DNA of 64,000 nucleotides from Microthyrium microscopicum (Eukaryota): NCBI GenBank assembly GCA_010405405.1, contig MU004246.1, positions 1 to 64,000 of the forward strand, read 5' to 3'. Shown piece by piece: positions 51,233 to 64,000 of this stretch (position 1 is its first letter; each line of letters starts with the position of its first letter). The notes under the pieces were generated by a model. It saw only the letters and a program-made list of their open reading frames with translations, ran no database searches and was not told where the DNA came from. The position numbers and the translations under genes were made by a program.

Positions 51233-54200
51233 AATGGACAATATGTCCGTCCCATGACGATGATGAATGATGATCTACATATCTCAGCCTGTCACATATC
51301 GGGCACAGTTCTGGGTCGGCTCGGAGTTTTAACGAGCCGTTGAACATTTTGGTGTTTTTCGGGGGTCTCATTATAGGCATACCATATCTTACGAACGACT
51401 TGTGAGCTGGCGATGATGGTACCTGGGCCAGTCTTCACGACTTGTGGGAGACGCGTATTATTATTTTTCGAAGGATACCCCACCGACCAACCGCTCATCT
51501 TCGACTGGTTGGTTTTTTTGCTGGATTTTTTAGCTTTGGGATTCTATCGTCACTGGAGATTGGTGATGAGGGATAATTTTTTTTGCTAGATGTTGGAATG
51601 AAATACCTTTTTTCTACATCGTTGTTCGAAATATCTTTGCTTATACCCCAGTGTTCCTTATCAGTGGGTATATCGTCCGGCGATGGGCTATATTCTAAAA
51701 GCTACTCCTCGCCTCGTGTCCACTTGATTTCGTGCATCTTTGCTTACTCTGCTATATGCTATCTAGCAGTGATCATATCAGTCCCCTCATATAAGATGAC
51801 AATTCTTTCCATTGGATAAACCCCTGACGATTCGCCGCTGTCTACAGCACTTTACTATCTTTATCGATTGCGATATTAAGGCACTGGGGCGATCATGATG
51901 GGCATTGCGCAATCGGATTTGTCCCGGTGTAGGGCTTGGCTTGCTAGGTTGATGGTGGGTGGTCTAGAGTGGTGATGGACGTCGTTACGCGTGATGGGCG
52001 GGATTTGCATGCTGGTGCTTGGAAATCTCAATTTGCCTCTTGGTCTTGCGATCGTATTGTGATAGGCATGAGTTTGTGGGAAGAGGAGATTGCGTATCTT
52101 GCGGTGGTGTGGTTATGGGGAGGTTGGTGTTTGGTTTAACTTTGTGTGTTTCACGATGGGGCCAGTCTGGTGAGAGCGGCTTGGGAGTTAGTGGTGAGTA
52201 TTGTGTTTCATGAGTGGAGGATATGATCTGCCGGTCTAGATATGTTTCAATGATCTGCTCTTGAGTGTACGTTGGTACGCTGGGGATGGGTAGATCATTG
52301 CGAGTTCAGTGTTAACTAGCAATGTAGCTTTCGTTTTACCCGGCTGCCAGTGAAAATGGTTTGCGGTACTGTGTCTTTGTGATTTGCTCTGGATCACGGC
52401 GTAGATCTGCGCATAAACATCTTGGTGTTTCGTTTGCAGGCCGGTGTTTCCGGTCGTCACTTGGTACCTTTGGCACGGAGTTCGATCCGAAGAACAATCC
52501 AGCTACTGTGGCTACATCTTGAGGACCTACATGATGCATGCGCTGAACGAGTGCTAATTCTACATATCCAGGTTTATGGTCAAGGGGGAACGGTTCATCA
52601 GTGAATGTAACACGCCATGCAGCACTACCTGCTCTTGTGGAAAGTACCAATCTCATGCGACTGCAATCAAAGTGTACATGACCAAAACCCTGAGAAAAAA
52701 CGTGGGGCGGGTGGGAAGTCACTTGCAGGATTTAATATATCTGCTACGGTGACAGCATGAAAGACTGCAGTTGAGTGGAGCAAATCCGCCCTGCTAGTAC
52801 CATACAGTCGAAAGGACCGTACATTCGGACGCTGAAAAGTCTGGTGATGGTCACATGTGGATTTAATAGGAAATGGAAAGAATATGCTAGTAGTGACTCT
52901 TTGAAGTCGACATAGGGAGAAGATATCTGCACATATCGGTCAAATTGTACCTTGTCGTAAATCTATGGGGGCCTGGTATATGCACGGGACGATTGTGGCG
53001 ATGACGACCAGGCAGTGAAGTTTAACACTTTATTATTAGGAATAAGGTGGTGTCTGTGTGTGTTTGGTAATATGGGAGTCGGAACATTTGGGATGGAGCC
53101 TATAGGAGCTGCATGCATGAACTGGAATCTCTCCCTTGGTAGACACTGCGGTACGCCTCCTCAGCCTCGCGATAAACATTCAAACCAGTAGTAGCAGCTT
53201 GTAATTATGGACAATTCGGACAATTACTCGTGTGCTGCAGGAGAGGGAGATTTTCGTTGCATCCGAAAGCTAGTAGCCAGCTCAGGCACATGTAAATCGT
53301 CAGGAGCTCTGCCAAACAAAACAACTAAGCCTGCACGCCGCGGCTTCACCGGCGGGGCAATTGGCCAAACGGCTGCGAAGGAAACAGCTGTTCAGTGGCC
53401 ATTATGTGGGAAGACATTACCTTAGCCCATAGCATTCAGTGATATAGGTCTTATGGCGAAGATACTATATGCAACAACGGAGCATGAGCCTGAGATGGAG
53501 CAAAGCGTGCTGATGACAACTCGAGATATTTGTGCTGCGCAGTACGGGAGGACCAGTGATCTGCTACCAGGTCTAGGAGATTTATATTGATATTGGCAGG
53601 GGTTTGGGGGCATTGAGCGAATCATAAGGGCTTGTTGTTGATATTTCCGGCCTACTGTTGAGGCGGACCCTAGATGATTGGTGTTGATTGGCAACCAAGC
53701 CCTCTTGTATACCTGCACATGAAAGGCCCGTTCTTGGAGAAAACTGGTTCGAGACCTCCACGATATACCTTGGGAAAAACCACATGGGGTCTGCTGCTTC
53801 CTGGCTGAGCGTCCCGTTGCAACTCTGGTCTGCGCGCGGCTCTTGCTTCTGTCGATTTATGCCTTTTTGGTTTGCATGGCCACGTCGTTTGGTTGACACA
53901 GTTCTGACAGCTTGTACAAGCCGCGCAGAAACTCGTCACTGACTGGCCCTTGGCCACCTCTTCTGGAGAGCATATCCTCGTTTCTCGGGCGGATGTAATC
54001 TGTGCTTTTGCTCGTGCGGAAAAGGTTGACGGGCTGTGAAATTGTAAGCTTGATCAGTTGCTTGGGTCTATGCTTGTTGCCACAATGCTTGATTTCTCGC
54101 ATGAGTGTGATGTGAGCCTTTGCTGGTGGCGAGTAGTAGACCACAATCTCGCCTGGCATCCGCATATCCAGTTGGCCTGGAGCCTATATTCGTCCTAGTC

Positions 54201-54574
54201 CCTCCTGCGCGGCTGAAGTGACCTTGTTTTCAGTCATGCACCTTTTGGTATATCCTTGTTGCATATACTGCAGCTAAGAGTGGATCAGGTCCGCCTGCAG
54301 GAGCAAAGCAGTTCAGTTAGCTCAAGGTCCGTTCTTCTTGTCTATGTCCCCACGAGGTACATAGAACGGGGATCCCACCTTTACCCTCCTTGGTAGGATC
54401 TTTTCTCTCTCATCCTGGATCCTCCTTTTGGACATCAAAGATACAAACACATTCCTCTTGGCTATCGAAAAGATAATGCACCGCATACAGTGGTAAAGCA
54501 ACTAGTTGGACAGATATGCCTCAGCTTGATACATACCCATTGGTGTCGAGGCAAAGTATTCACGACCGCACCTC

Positions 54575-55990
54575 ATGGCTTCAGTCATGCCTAAACTACA
54601 CAATCCGGAGGGTATGACCTACCCGACCGAAGAAGAATGGAATAACTGGCCAGCACCAAACTTTGTCAATCCTCAGTCAAGAAAACCCATAGTTATTGGA
54701 GTTGAGATCCCAATAACTGTCATTGCGGCGACAGTGGTTATTGCAAGATTCTATGCTCGAACATATATAAAACATGTTCTTGGCTGGGACGATTGGTTGA
54801 TGATGGGGGCCATGGTAAGTCGATCATACCAGACTACAACGAGTTAATCTAATTCATCAACAGATATGTGCCATTGCTATTACAATACTACATTGTCTCG
54901 CAACGCAATATGCAACTGGTCTCCATCTATGGGATGTCGCTCCGTCTTTAATCAAACCTACTGGAATGTTAACATACGTCTCTTTGGCTTTCTTTGGACC
55001 CGCGACTTCACTGGCTAAAATCTCACTCTCTCTTACCCATCTCAGAATACTTCCATCCAGATCCGACCGATGGTTCGCTCGATGCGCGATTGTGTTTTCT
55101 GTTGGATATTGTATCAGTATCACACTGGTCAATATCTTTCAATGCTCGTAAGTTACTCACATATTGCACCGATGCATGACTGACTCTACTAGACCAATCC
55201 GTGCCTATTGGTCTTATCGCATCGATCACTACACTTGCGTGCATGAACGACCATTCAACTATGCCTCCCAAGCACTCAACAGCGCAAGTGATTTCCTCAT
55301 CTTCCTCTGGCCCGCCCGCACACTCTGGACCGTCCGTGTCCCAGTCAAACAACGACTCATGCTAATCTTCGTATTCTCGGTCGGATCCGCGTAAGTACAC
55401 CCATCTCTTCTACCATCGCAGCCACTGACCGTCGTAGTGTCTGCTTGACCGGCGTCTTCCGAGTATACTATCTATACCGCTACTTCCACTCCTACGACTA
55501 CTTCTGGGAGGGATCCATAATTTTTATTCTCCACGTAATCGAAGTCAACTGCGCCATCATCTGCGGCTGTCTGCCCGGCATCAAACCCCTCCTTGGACGA
55601 GTCTTTCCTAACCAATTCGGAAGCTCCGTGGACCGCAACAACACCAACAACACCTTCTCACCTCACCACCGTCTGCCTGGCGCGTGTCTTACTATTCGTC
55701 AATCGTTTCGCCAATCTTTCAGACCTTCTGTGCGGAGTCCAATTCGGTCACTTAGCCATCGACCTAGTACCGCATCTATGGTAGAAGTACCAATCAAGCT
55801 TGATGAGTCGTGGGTACCGCTCGAATATCCACCACCCATTCACGCTGTCGCGCTCGGGGTGTTGCCCGAGGCGGAACCTAGTCCTGTACATGAGTTCCAG
55901 GAGACGAGGTTCGAGGAGCGCTTTGAAGAGCATTGGCCGTACGAGGAGCAGTTTGAGGAGTCTCGTCCTGTCGCGAGGCTCGAAGTATGA
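54575..55990 (+). CDS. PTH11-like (fungal rhodopsin-domain) multi-pass membrane protein; 3 introns
   Basis: WPAPNFVNP, RFYAR..LGWDDWLM, GLHLWDV, LAKISL, IFQC|.PIRAYW, SDFLIFLWP, IEVNCAIICGCLPGIKPLL. Confidence 0.85.
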
Positions 55991-56930
55991 TGATCAAAAT
56001 GAGATCAAGCGGGGAGTTTGTTGTGATGATACCCATGGGCATTTCCAAGTCGTTCTTTATCTTTTCTGCATTATACCACTCTTGTTATGGACTACTGATG
56101 GCACCGAGCGAGGCGGTGCCACAGAGGAAGATGAAATGAAAATAATTAAATATATAATCAATCACTCGTTCACAAAAGATTTTTGCACTGCGATGCATGA
56201 AGTCGAGAGAATAGAGGAGATGAAGTTGCGCGACGCGTTGGCCCACATGGCACTTAGCGGAAGATGGCTTACCACATAAACTTCTTATTGGTCGATCTTC
56301 AGCCTTGTTCCAGATTTGGCAGGAGCTGCACGTGGTAGCTATCGTGGACTATTGGTGAGGCTTGAGCATCAGATATGGCAACTGTGATACAGGCTTGGAA
56401 TTAGCATCCTACAATCAATATAAAAAATGGTAATATTTGCGATTTTCATCCGCCATACTCGCTCGACCAGTTACTAAGGCTGTGAGCTTGGTTAGAGTAG
56501 CCAAGAGTAGCATTGAGAACTCTTCTACCATTGACCAAATTTTTGGACGCAAGGCAGCAAGAAACCGACAGCCTTCGGAACTGCTCAAAGACTTTGCTTT
56601 CGATCGATCACGTTTTCGCTGAAATTGAGCGTCATTTCTCGTTTATTTCTTCAGGCTGATCCACTATATATTGCCCCTAAGTTGATCCATTGTCGCCCTT
56701 AACCTTTGAGGCCTCAAAGCCTTAGCGCCTGACCCATGCTGCAACCAAAATTTCATCGGCCGGGACCGGGAAAGTTCCCATCGACCCTATTACAGACACC
56801 GTTTAATGCTTGGGGTTCTAGGCCATAAGGTTTCCAGTACAAAGGTTTCGTTTGGCAGGGGGCTATCTATTCGATCTGCAAGGTACGCAGTTGCACTGTG
56901 ACTCCCATCAACAGATAAATTTCTCAACAT

Positions 56931-56937
56931 TGACTCA
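56931..56937 (+). promoter_or_regulatory. Gcn4/CpcA cross-pathway-control element TGACTCA upstream of LYS1
   Basis: Perfect TGACTCA ~65 bp upstream of the ATG; a second TGACTC at 56899-56904. Confidence 0.6.
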
Positions 56938-56999
56938 TTCATCTCAACAGCATTATAAAAACACAGCAACGCTCTCGATCATACAGAGCTATCGCAAAC

Positions 57000-58170
57000 A
57001 TGTCGTTGAACCTTCACCTGCGCTCGGAGACTGGAAAGGCTCTAGAGCATCGGTCTGCTCTCACACCAAAGACCACCAAGACTCTAGTGGATGCTGGATA
57101 CAAGATCAATGTTGAACGCTCACCGCAGAGAATATTCGCCGATGAGGAATTCGAAAAAGCGGGTGCGACACTTGTCCCGGAGAATTCTTGGCCCGACGCT
57201 CCAGAGGACCATATTATCGTTGGGTTGAAAGAGCTTCCAGTTGAGAAATGTAGCGGTTCCTAAATCTCGAAAGACTGACATTTATACTAACTATTTTTCA
57301 GTCGCTCTCAAGCATGTGCATGTCCAATTTGCGCATTGTTACAAACAACAAGGTGGATGGGAGACAGTACTAGCTCGATATGCTCGCGGCAATGGCACAC
57401 TCCTGGACCTCGAATTTCTAACCGATGACCGTGGACGACGAGTCGCCGCCTTTGGATACCACGCTGGATTTGCCGGCGCAGCTCTCGCTCTCGAGACATG
57501 GGCATACCAACAAACTCATGGCATCGGTGAGCCATTTCCATCAGTCTCGTCCTATCCAAACGAGGAGGCATTGGTCAAAGACGTCAAGAAAGCTGTTTCC
57601 GAAGGCATCGAGAAAAGCGGCAAAACTCCGCGAGCCATCGTAATCGGTGCCCTCGGACGATGCGGCAGTGGTGCTGTCGACCTTTGCGTCAAAGCTGGCA
57701 TCCCAGACTCGAACATTCTTCGTTGGGATCTTGCAGAGACCAAGAAAGGCGGACCATTCACAGAGATTGTGGAGAGTGATATTTTCATAAATTGCATCTA
57801 TCTTACCTCCAAAATCCCCAATTTCGTGGATCTCGAGTCATTGGATACGCCAAATCGCAAACTTTCGGTTGTGTGCGACGTCAGTGCTGATACTACGAAT
57901 CCCAACAACCCGGTTCCTATTTACGAGATCGCCACTACCTTCGATAAGCCAACGGTGCCTGTCAAAATTGGAAGTAAAGATGCTCTGCAAGTTATCTCGA
58001 TTGATCACCTTCCCAGCTTACTCCCACGCGAATCCTCGGAAGCATTCAGCCATGATCTGTTACCGTATTTGTTGGAGCTAAAGAACTGGAAGACTGATCC
58101 AGTGTGGTCTCGCGCGCAGAAGCTTTATGGCGAGAAAGTGGAGACTCTGCCTAAAAGTGCTTTGCAATAG
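57000..58170 (+). CDS. LYS1: Saccharopine dehydrogenase (NAD+, L-lysine-forming); exons 57000-57249, 57302-58170
   Basis: LHLRSETGKALEHRSALTP, FAHCYKQQ, DLEFL..GRRVAAFGYHAGFAGAA, VIGALGRCGSGA, CDVSADTTNP, IDHLPSLLPRESS. Confidence 0.96.
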
Positions 58171-58401
58171 GCTATTGGCAGCTTCATGGTGAGGGGTTTC
58201 CAACTGGTCATGGGCTCGGGACTAGATATCAGGACCAAAAAGTGCAAAAGGTGCAACGATAGATTTACGTGTTTCAGAGGACAGCACACGGTAGATCAGC
58301 AATGATACACTCAAAATACACTGTTATGTCCTCTTCAGCCATCATATTCGTAAGCCAGCATTCCATCATGAACTCTATCATCTAAATCTACAGTCCAAAC
58401 C

Positions 58402-60263
58402 TCACATTCCAAGTTTAAACCCCCCAGGAACCTGCTTCTGAAACGTCCCTCTAGGATCATACCTCCTACTGATCCCCTTTAAAAACTCCCTCGCCTCCTT
58501 CCCATACGTTCCCATCGCATCCTGCCATCCATCCGAGTAGTTAACATACTGCCACGGACTACCTACTCCCTTCTCCTCCGCCATATTCTTGCCCATCTTC
58601 GTAAACTCCTTCGCCCACTTCACTACCTTATCACCATCGCTCTTGAACCAATATCTCACGCCCACAGCCACAAGAATGAGATCGTCATCGCCTAGCAATT
58701 CTTTTAGACCCATGGCGTTGGGCCCACCGATGGCTTCGCCGGCGTGTCGCATGCGTGATGTGATGGGCTGAAAGAATATGGAAGGGTTGCTGAAAAGGGG
58801 CAACTTGGCGCCCTCGCTCTTATGTAAGTCGGTCAAGGCTTCGAGGTAGGGTGCTGTGGCAGTTTTGGAAACTTTGATGTTCCAGGAGAAAAAGTGTAGA
58901 CGGAAACCAGTTTCTGCTGCGGAGCCGAGGATACCTGCGATGCCAGCTGGGGATGTGAGGGCGTAGAATTTTCCGGGCTGAAGTTGCATGCCGGGGAGAC
59001 TGGAGGAGTTGGTCGCTGCTGTTGTTAGAGTGTTGGGCCCGTCTTTTAGACTGCTGAAGAATGCTTTCATGGTGGTATAAATACTGGTCGGTATGCCGGA
59101 GATTCCTATGCGTGATGGTCGGCCCACTGCTGTGCTGTTGACTACAGCAGTACCGAACCATCCTGCCATACTCCGATTCGTGATCACAGCCATCTCATTC
59201 GCCTTCTCCATAAGTACCGGCTGCCGATTAACATCAGGATCCACCGCCAGTGAAAGCGTAGTGGTTGGTGTCAGCATTGAAACCGCGACCATAGTATTCG
59301 TGTCATTGTTGGAGATTGAGCCCTCAACTAGCCAATCCAGCGCCTTCTTTCTTTGATCCATGGCCAAGAATATCCCACCCCATAGTTTTGGCTTGGGAAA
59401 CATGTGGAGATCAAATCGAGTCACGATGCCAAAATTGTTGCCGCCGCCTTTGAGGGCGCGGTGGAGATCGGGATTTTCGTTGCGGTTGGCGTTTACTATG
59501 CTGCCGTTTGCTAGGACAACCTGGGTGCTTTAGCTCTGTGCCGTAATGGATGAAAAGATGGTGCTTACTTCGTGGTTTAAGATTCCATCGCATGAAAATC
59601 CACCAAATGGTTGAAAGAACGAAAGTCCGCCTCCTGTCAGGAGGCCACCCACACCAACGCTACTCATGCGACCACCGGCAACAGCCATGCCTTCTTTCTC
59701 AACGGCCTCGAATACTGCGCCCCAGCGGTTCCCTGGACCGATTTTGGCGATTTTCTTGTCTGCTGCGATGTCGATCTGATTCAGCTTTGATAAGTCCATG
59801 GTGATTCCTCCTTGTAAATTCGCAGCGCCAGCCCAAAATGTATGCCTTTGAGGGAGTTAGTCAAACATCAAAGCAATCAATGAAGGAAGTTACATACCCT
59901 CCGCTCTTGATAGCAAATCTGCATTCGATATTGTCGGGAGTGGTCAAATGTGCGACGATCTTCGAGACATCTTGCGTTGTCTTTGGCTGTATAAAACACG
60001 CTGGTTCTATATCGCGAGCATTGTCTGACCAATATGTATTTTGTATAACCATAAAGGCCGCTGTATTCGCTTTCAGGATTACTTTTCCGGGAAATACGGA
60101 AACTGCTTTCGAACACTGAAAGTTGTCAATTCGCATGAACGCTTTGTACACTGCACTGTTGACCTACGCATGCCACATCGTTCACAGCCTGGCCATTCAC
60201 AAGCGCGGAGAAGAGAGCAACGAAGCTAGCTGTCACAGCCCAGGAACCAGAATCAAGAACCAT
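58402..60263 (-). CDS. Secreted FAD-linked oxidoreductase (FAD_binding_4 / BBE-like); 3 introns
   Basis: Signal-like N-terminus, PACFIQP, FAIKSGG|H (His typical of covalent FAD), IGPGNRW, GGRMSSVGVGGLLTGGG, ALKGGGNNFGIVTRF, C-terminal YVNYS..YDPRGTFQ. Confidence 0.88.
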
Positions 60264-61001
60264 GACCGAAAAATGAGAATGAAGTGGCAGAACGACTTGT
60301 CAAAATAATGGCAGAGCCCCATACTTCAATCTCCTATTCTGTCCCCCACAGCGCCATTGCCAGATCTTTGACTGTTCATTTGAGAAACTCTATCAAACTT
60401 CCAGCTTCATCCTTTAGGACAAATTATAAAATGGGACGCCTAAGTATATGCTTTTCAAGTCAGCCCCGTACTTGTCCATTTGACTGGACGGATATTTGGG
60501 AAGGGTAAGCGTACAGTCGTTGAGATATATTGAAGTGGGACCGTGGGACCTACAATAAGGGTGCGGCTCGGCTCTTTCAGGCTGATTAGGCTGGTTGGCA
60601 ATATCCTATATCTATAAGTATCCTCTACTATTATAGACACAGTGCATTGCAGTACCCATGCCCTACTAAATGAGTAGTGGATGAAGATAAAAGCTCACCA
60701 TAGTCAAGCAAGACTAGTCAGCTCCGTGAGTCTGCTTTAATCTGTATAGCTTTGCGTGGGGCTTGTAGACATTGGAATGTGCAAAAGTATGTTCGGGCCG
60801 TTTGTGTGAGTGTATGGTGCATTGTTTTCATTCCATCGTAATCTAATGTTCAGGGTATACTACCTATGGTTTATTCGACAACCATCTAGCTCTCATATAA
60901 GGATGGGAGAACGCTTTGATGCAAATGAGGACAGCTTCCGTGATCAGAAGCCCAGATATCCAATACTTCGCTCTCGTCATCTATTCCAGATGACTTCTGC
61001 C

Positions 61002-62946
61002 TCATTTCTTGCCAGTGTCTTCTTTGAGTGATACGATACGATTAAACACGACCTTGTCGTCAGTTGAGTCCGAGTCCATAGCCTAGAAGAGTTAGCTTCC
61101 AAGTCTCTTTCTTGGAGTTAGGGAGAGTTTGACTTACAAAGTATGCTACACGCATAGCCTGGAAGCGAACACTTTCTGGTCCAAACGATGTGTGTTCCCC
61201 AGCCGCCTCAGGCCACGGTGCTCTTTTCCGCACTTCATCAAAACCGGGCTCTATCAAAGCGCCCTTATGAATGGTCTCGCTATCAGGATTAATATCGTTC
61301 ATGAAGCCACCTTCAACAGCACTTGGCTCGTCTGATTTGAAGAGACGTTCGTGGATGCGCACTTCCACGGCCCGTGAGCCTTCTGGTACCCAAGCGATGA
61401 ATGCTTTCGGCTTCTTGCCATCTTTGTCAAACTTTGCGCGAACCTCTGTGATTTTACCACTTTCGTCTTTTGAGAACGAGGTGGCGATGACTGGATATGG
61501 TGTTTTGTAAAGACCTACGGCCTTGCCAGGGGCTAGCCGGAAGTAGTCTTTGGAATCGACCTCTCGGAAATCAGCACGATCGATGTAGACAGTCTTGGTA
61601 AGCTTGAATGAATGTGATCCCATTTGTGGGCTGTAAGGCGAGAATGGAATTTCGATGTCCAGCTGTTTCTCGTCAATGGTATCAAAGTCTTCGATTACCA
61701 CGGGGATAGGATCCAGTATCATCATCAGCCGGGGGACTGTTCGGTCGAGATAGCTTCTGATGGTCTGCTCTAGCCGGCTGATGGCAATGGTGGTCTTGCC
61801 GGTTGTTACTCCAAGCTCATTCACGAAGGATAGTAGAGCACCTGGTGGTACTCCACGGCGGCGCAGGGCTATCAGGGTGTATAGTCTTGGATCATCCCAG
61901 CCTCGTACAACTTTATCATCAACAAGCTTTTTCAACCCGCGCTTGCTCATGATCGTACCCGCAAGGCTGAGTCGTCCATATTCGCGCTGCATGGGTTCGT
62001 AGACTTCTAACGATTTGTTAAGCCATTCGTAGCTTTCTCTCGATAAATAGAACTCGGTAGTACATAAGCTGTGAGTAATACCCTCGAAGCTGTCGACTAG
62101 GCAGTGTGTAAAATCGTAAGTGGGGTATATTTTCCACTGATCTTTAGTGCGATGATGCTCTTTCTTAAGTACTCGATATGCTGCAAGATCCCACATCTGA
62201 GGGTTGCCGTTCTCTATATCCTGCTTCATACGAAGGAAAGCAGTCTGTGGTTCGTATTTCCCGTCCTTCATGTCCCGGAACTTCTTCAAATTTGTTTCTA
62301 CGTCCTGCTTCGCATGATCACAGCGGTATCTGGGGCCGCCAACACCTCCACCACGCTGCAACTTGACTTCGGTATCGCTACAGTGACAGACATAAGCTTT
62401 GTCTAACTCAATGAGTTTTTCCGCGAGGTCATAGAGCTTTTGGAAGTTGTCGCTGGAATATGTGACAGCAGCTGGCTTGAACCCCAACCACTTGATAATC
62501 TCTTCTATAGCCACGAAGTATGCTTCCTCCTCAGCTTCTGGGTTTGTGTCATCGAATCGTAGGAAGGTCTTTCCGCCATGATATCGTGCAAAGCCAAAGT
62601 TGACTGCTATGGCTTTTGCGTGACCTAGATGAAGGTAACCATTGGGCTCAGGAGGAAAACGCGTTACGACTGGCTTGACTGGTCGTTCATTATAGACTGT
62701 GTTGAGAAATCCCTGCTTGAACATGGCGTCCGGATCCAGCTCCGTCTCTTCGGGTTTCGGTGCTGCTTTCTTGGGCGCGCTGCCTTCGGCTTTTGGTTTC
62801 TGGGCTCCAGATTCTTTGTCCTGAGCTTTCTGGGCCTTTTTCGCCCTCTTCTGCTGGCGTTTTCGGAGCTCGTTCTTGGACACCATCTCGCCTGTCTCCT
62901 CATCCAGCTGGAGCTTCGCCGCGCCCTCGACAATCGCGTCAGCCAT
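61002..62946 (-). CDS. GLN4: Glutaminyl-tRNA synthetase; one intron near the 3' end (~61137-61083)
   Basis: TRFPPEPNGYLHLGHAKA (HIGH), RFDDTNPE, YPTYDFTHCLVDS, MSKR, GWDDPRL, FQAMRVAYF|AMD..FNRIVSLKED. Confidence 0.95.
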
Positions 62947-63128
62947 ATTAGCGATTTTGGTGGATGTAAGTCTTGGTTCCGTGGTCTTCGACGTTCGGTA
63001 GGATCAACTGAAGGCTAGGAAGATTCGGTGATTTCAGCGTAGCAAGGTTCGGGTGATTGCATGAAAGAGTTATGTTCTGATGCACAATGGACTCCAGTCA
63101 CTGTCAAGGTAAATACTCCATAGTGGGG

Positions 63129-63326
63129 TGAGTCATTGGACATTGGAGGGGCTATTTAGAGCAGGCCTACAAGGGTCCGATTTAGCGTCATTTTCCCGCT
63201 GAGCCTCAGTTCCCTTCAACTTCCAACTCCCCTAACTACTCTTATCATCGCCCTCACTCTCTTTGACTTGTCTGTGCTACCGGCTTCATTGCAGTCGATG
63301 GCTCTTTCCATGCCTAGCTTGAGTCA
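63129..63326 (-). promoter_or_regulatory. Two Gcn4/CpcA elements upstream of GLN4
   Basis: TGAGTCA (reverse complement TGACTCA) at 63129-63135 and 63320-63326. Confidence 0.55.
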
Positions 63327-63435
63327 CTTACTGCTCAAAAATGTGACTGACTAGCTCCAAGACCCTCAAGAAGTCGCGTGCAATTGGCACTTAGCCAACC
63401 ATCGTTTCTGAGACTTGTGAAGGAATCAATGGCAC

Positions 63436-64000
63436 CTATTTATTAGATAGCGCTATGCCCGCAGCTTGGACAGAGTTCGTAGCTTCTCTTGACTTGTCTG
63501 AAGGAAGGGTTACCTTTCGCAGTGTGTGCATCATGAGGATCCCACTGTCGACATTTGAACCAAACTTCTGTACTCCAATGGTCGCAGCAAGGACAGGTCC
63601 AAAGTGTCCAGACGCACATTGTAGTTGTATTGGTTCTGGTCCGACTTTGCTAAGGTGATGTATTCGAGCGGATTGGAATGAGTCGAAGTCGCTGGTTTGG
63701 AAGTCACTGACTTGTATGTTGAGAATCATGCGCTATAAGTGGTTGGGAATTTCAGTACCTTAGTTACAAGAGTCAACACTCTTTCAAATATAAGACAGTC
63801 TAATGTTGGTACTGAGACAACATACAGATGGGTCTGGTTAGGATAAGTATCAACACTCTCAATTCCCCATTGGTATGAGCCATATTTCGCTACAGCAGCC
63901 CAAGAGAACTTCCTCCCCGCAGCGAGCCAACAGTCAGCCAGTGCGAATCAGCATATACTTTGACATTGATAGCGGTATGTAACTAGTAGCCTACCTTGTC
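63436..64000 (-). CDS. Possible 3' end of a gene continuing beyond the window
   Basis: 97-aa ORF ending at 63436 with intron-like signals upstream; no recognisable motif. Confidence 0.25.

Noticed and set aside
51300..54500. Several 60-130 aa ORFs in a 3-kb gap
   Set aside because: No domain motifs, consistent exon chain or signal peptide recognised; treated as intergenic or regulatory.
57250..57301. Atypical LYS1 intron donor (GTAGCG)
   Set aside because: Still GT-AG with a normal branch site and size, and it restores the expected protein; no sign of a twin intron.

Overview
Eukaryotic, intron-rich filamentous-ascomycete DNA (Dothideomycete-like; species not determinable from sequence). 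It has a two-compartment structure. Two extremely AT-rich, TpA-saturated blocks (1-~6620 and ~36510-44530) carry the signature of repeat-induced point mutation (RIP). They alternate with GC-balanced, gene-dense regions. Genes: CDC23/APC8, a ZNFX1/Hrr1-type RNA helicase, an uncharacterised membrane protein, a secreted cupredoxin-like protein, a 62-aa 8-Cys secreted peptide missed by the ORF track, a small membrane protein, an aspartic protease, an FAH-family hydrolase, an amino-acid permease, a HET-domain protein, a hypothetical protein, an ALYREF/Yra1-family RRM protein, a DH-PH-CNH RhoGEF, a PTH11-like membrane protein, LYS1, a FAD oxidoreductase and GLN4. Main observations: (1) the whole second AT block is one ~8.0-kb DNA transposon bounded by 43-bp terminal inverted repeats and TA dinucleotides; it holds a RIP-destroyed pogo/DDE_1 transposase, possible further ORF remnants and a hierarchical palindromic array. 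(2) The RRM gene has an intron with an internal AG|GT site (recursive splice site or poison-exon acceptor). (3) The RNAi-helicase gene has an oversized intron with repeated hairpins. (4) There is a BAS2-like effector candidate. Gene models and de-RIP translations were done by eye, and no database searches were run.
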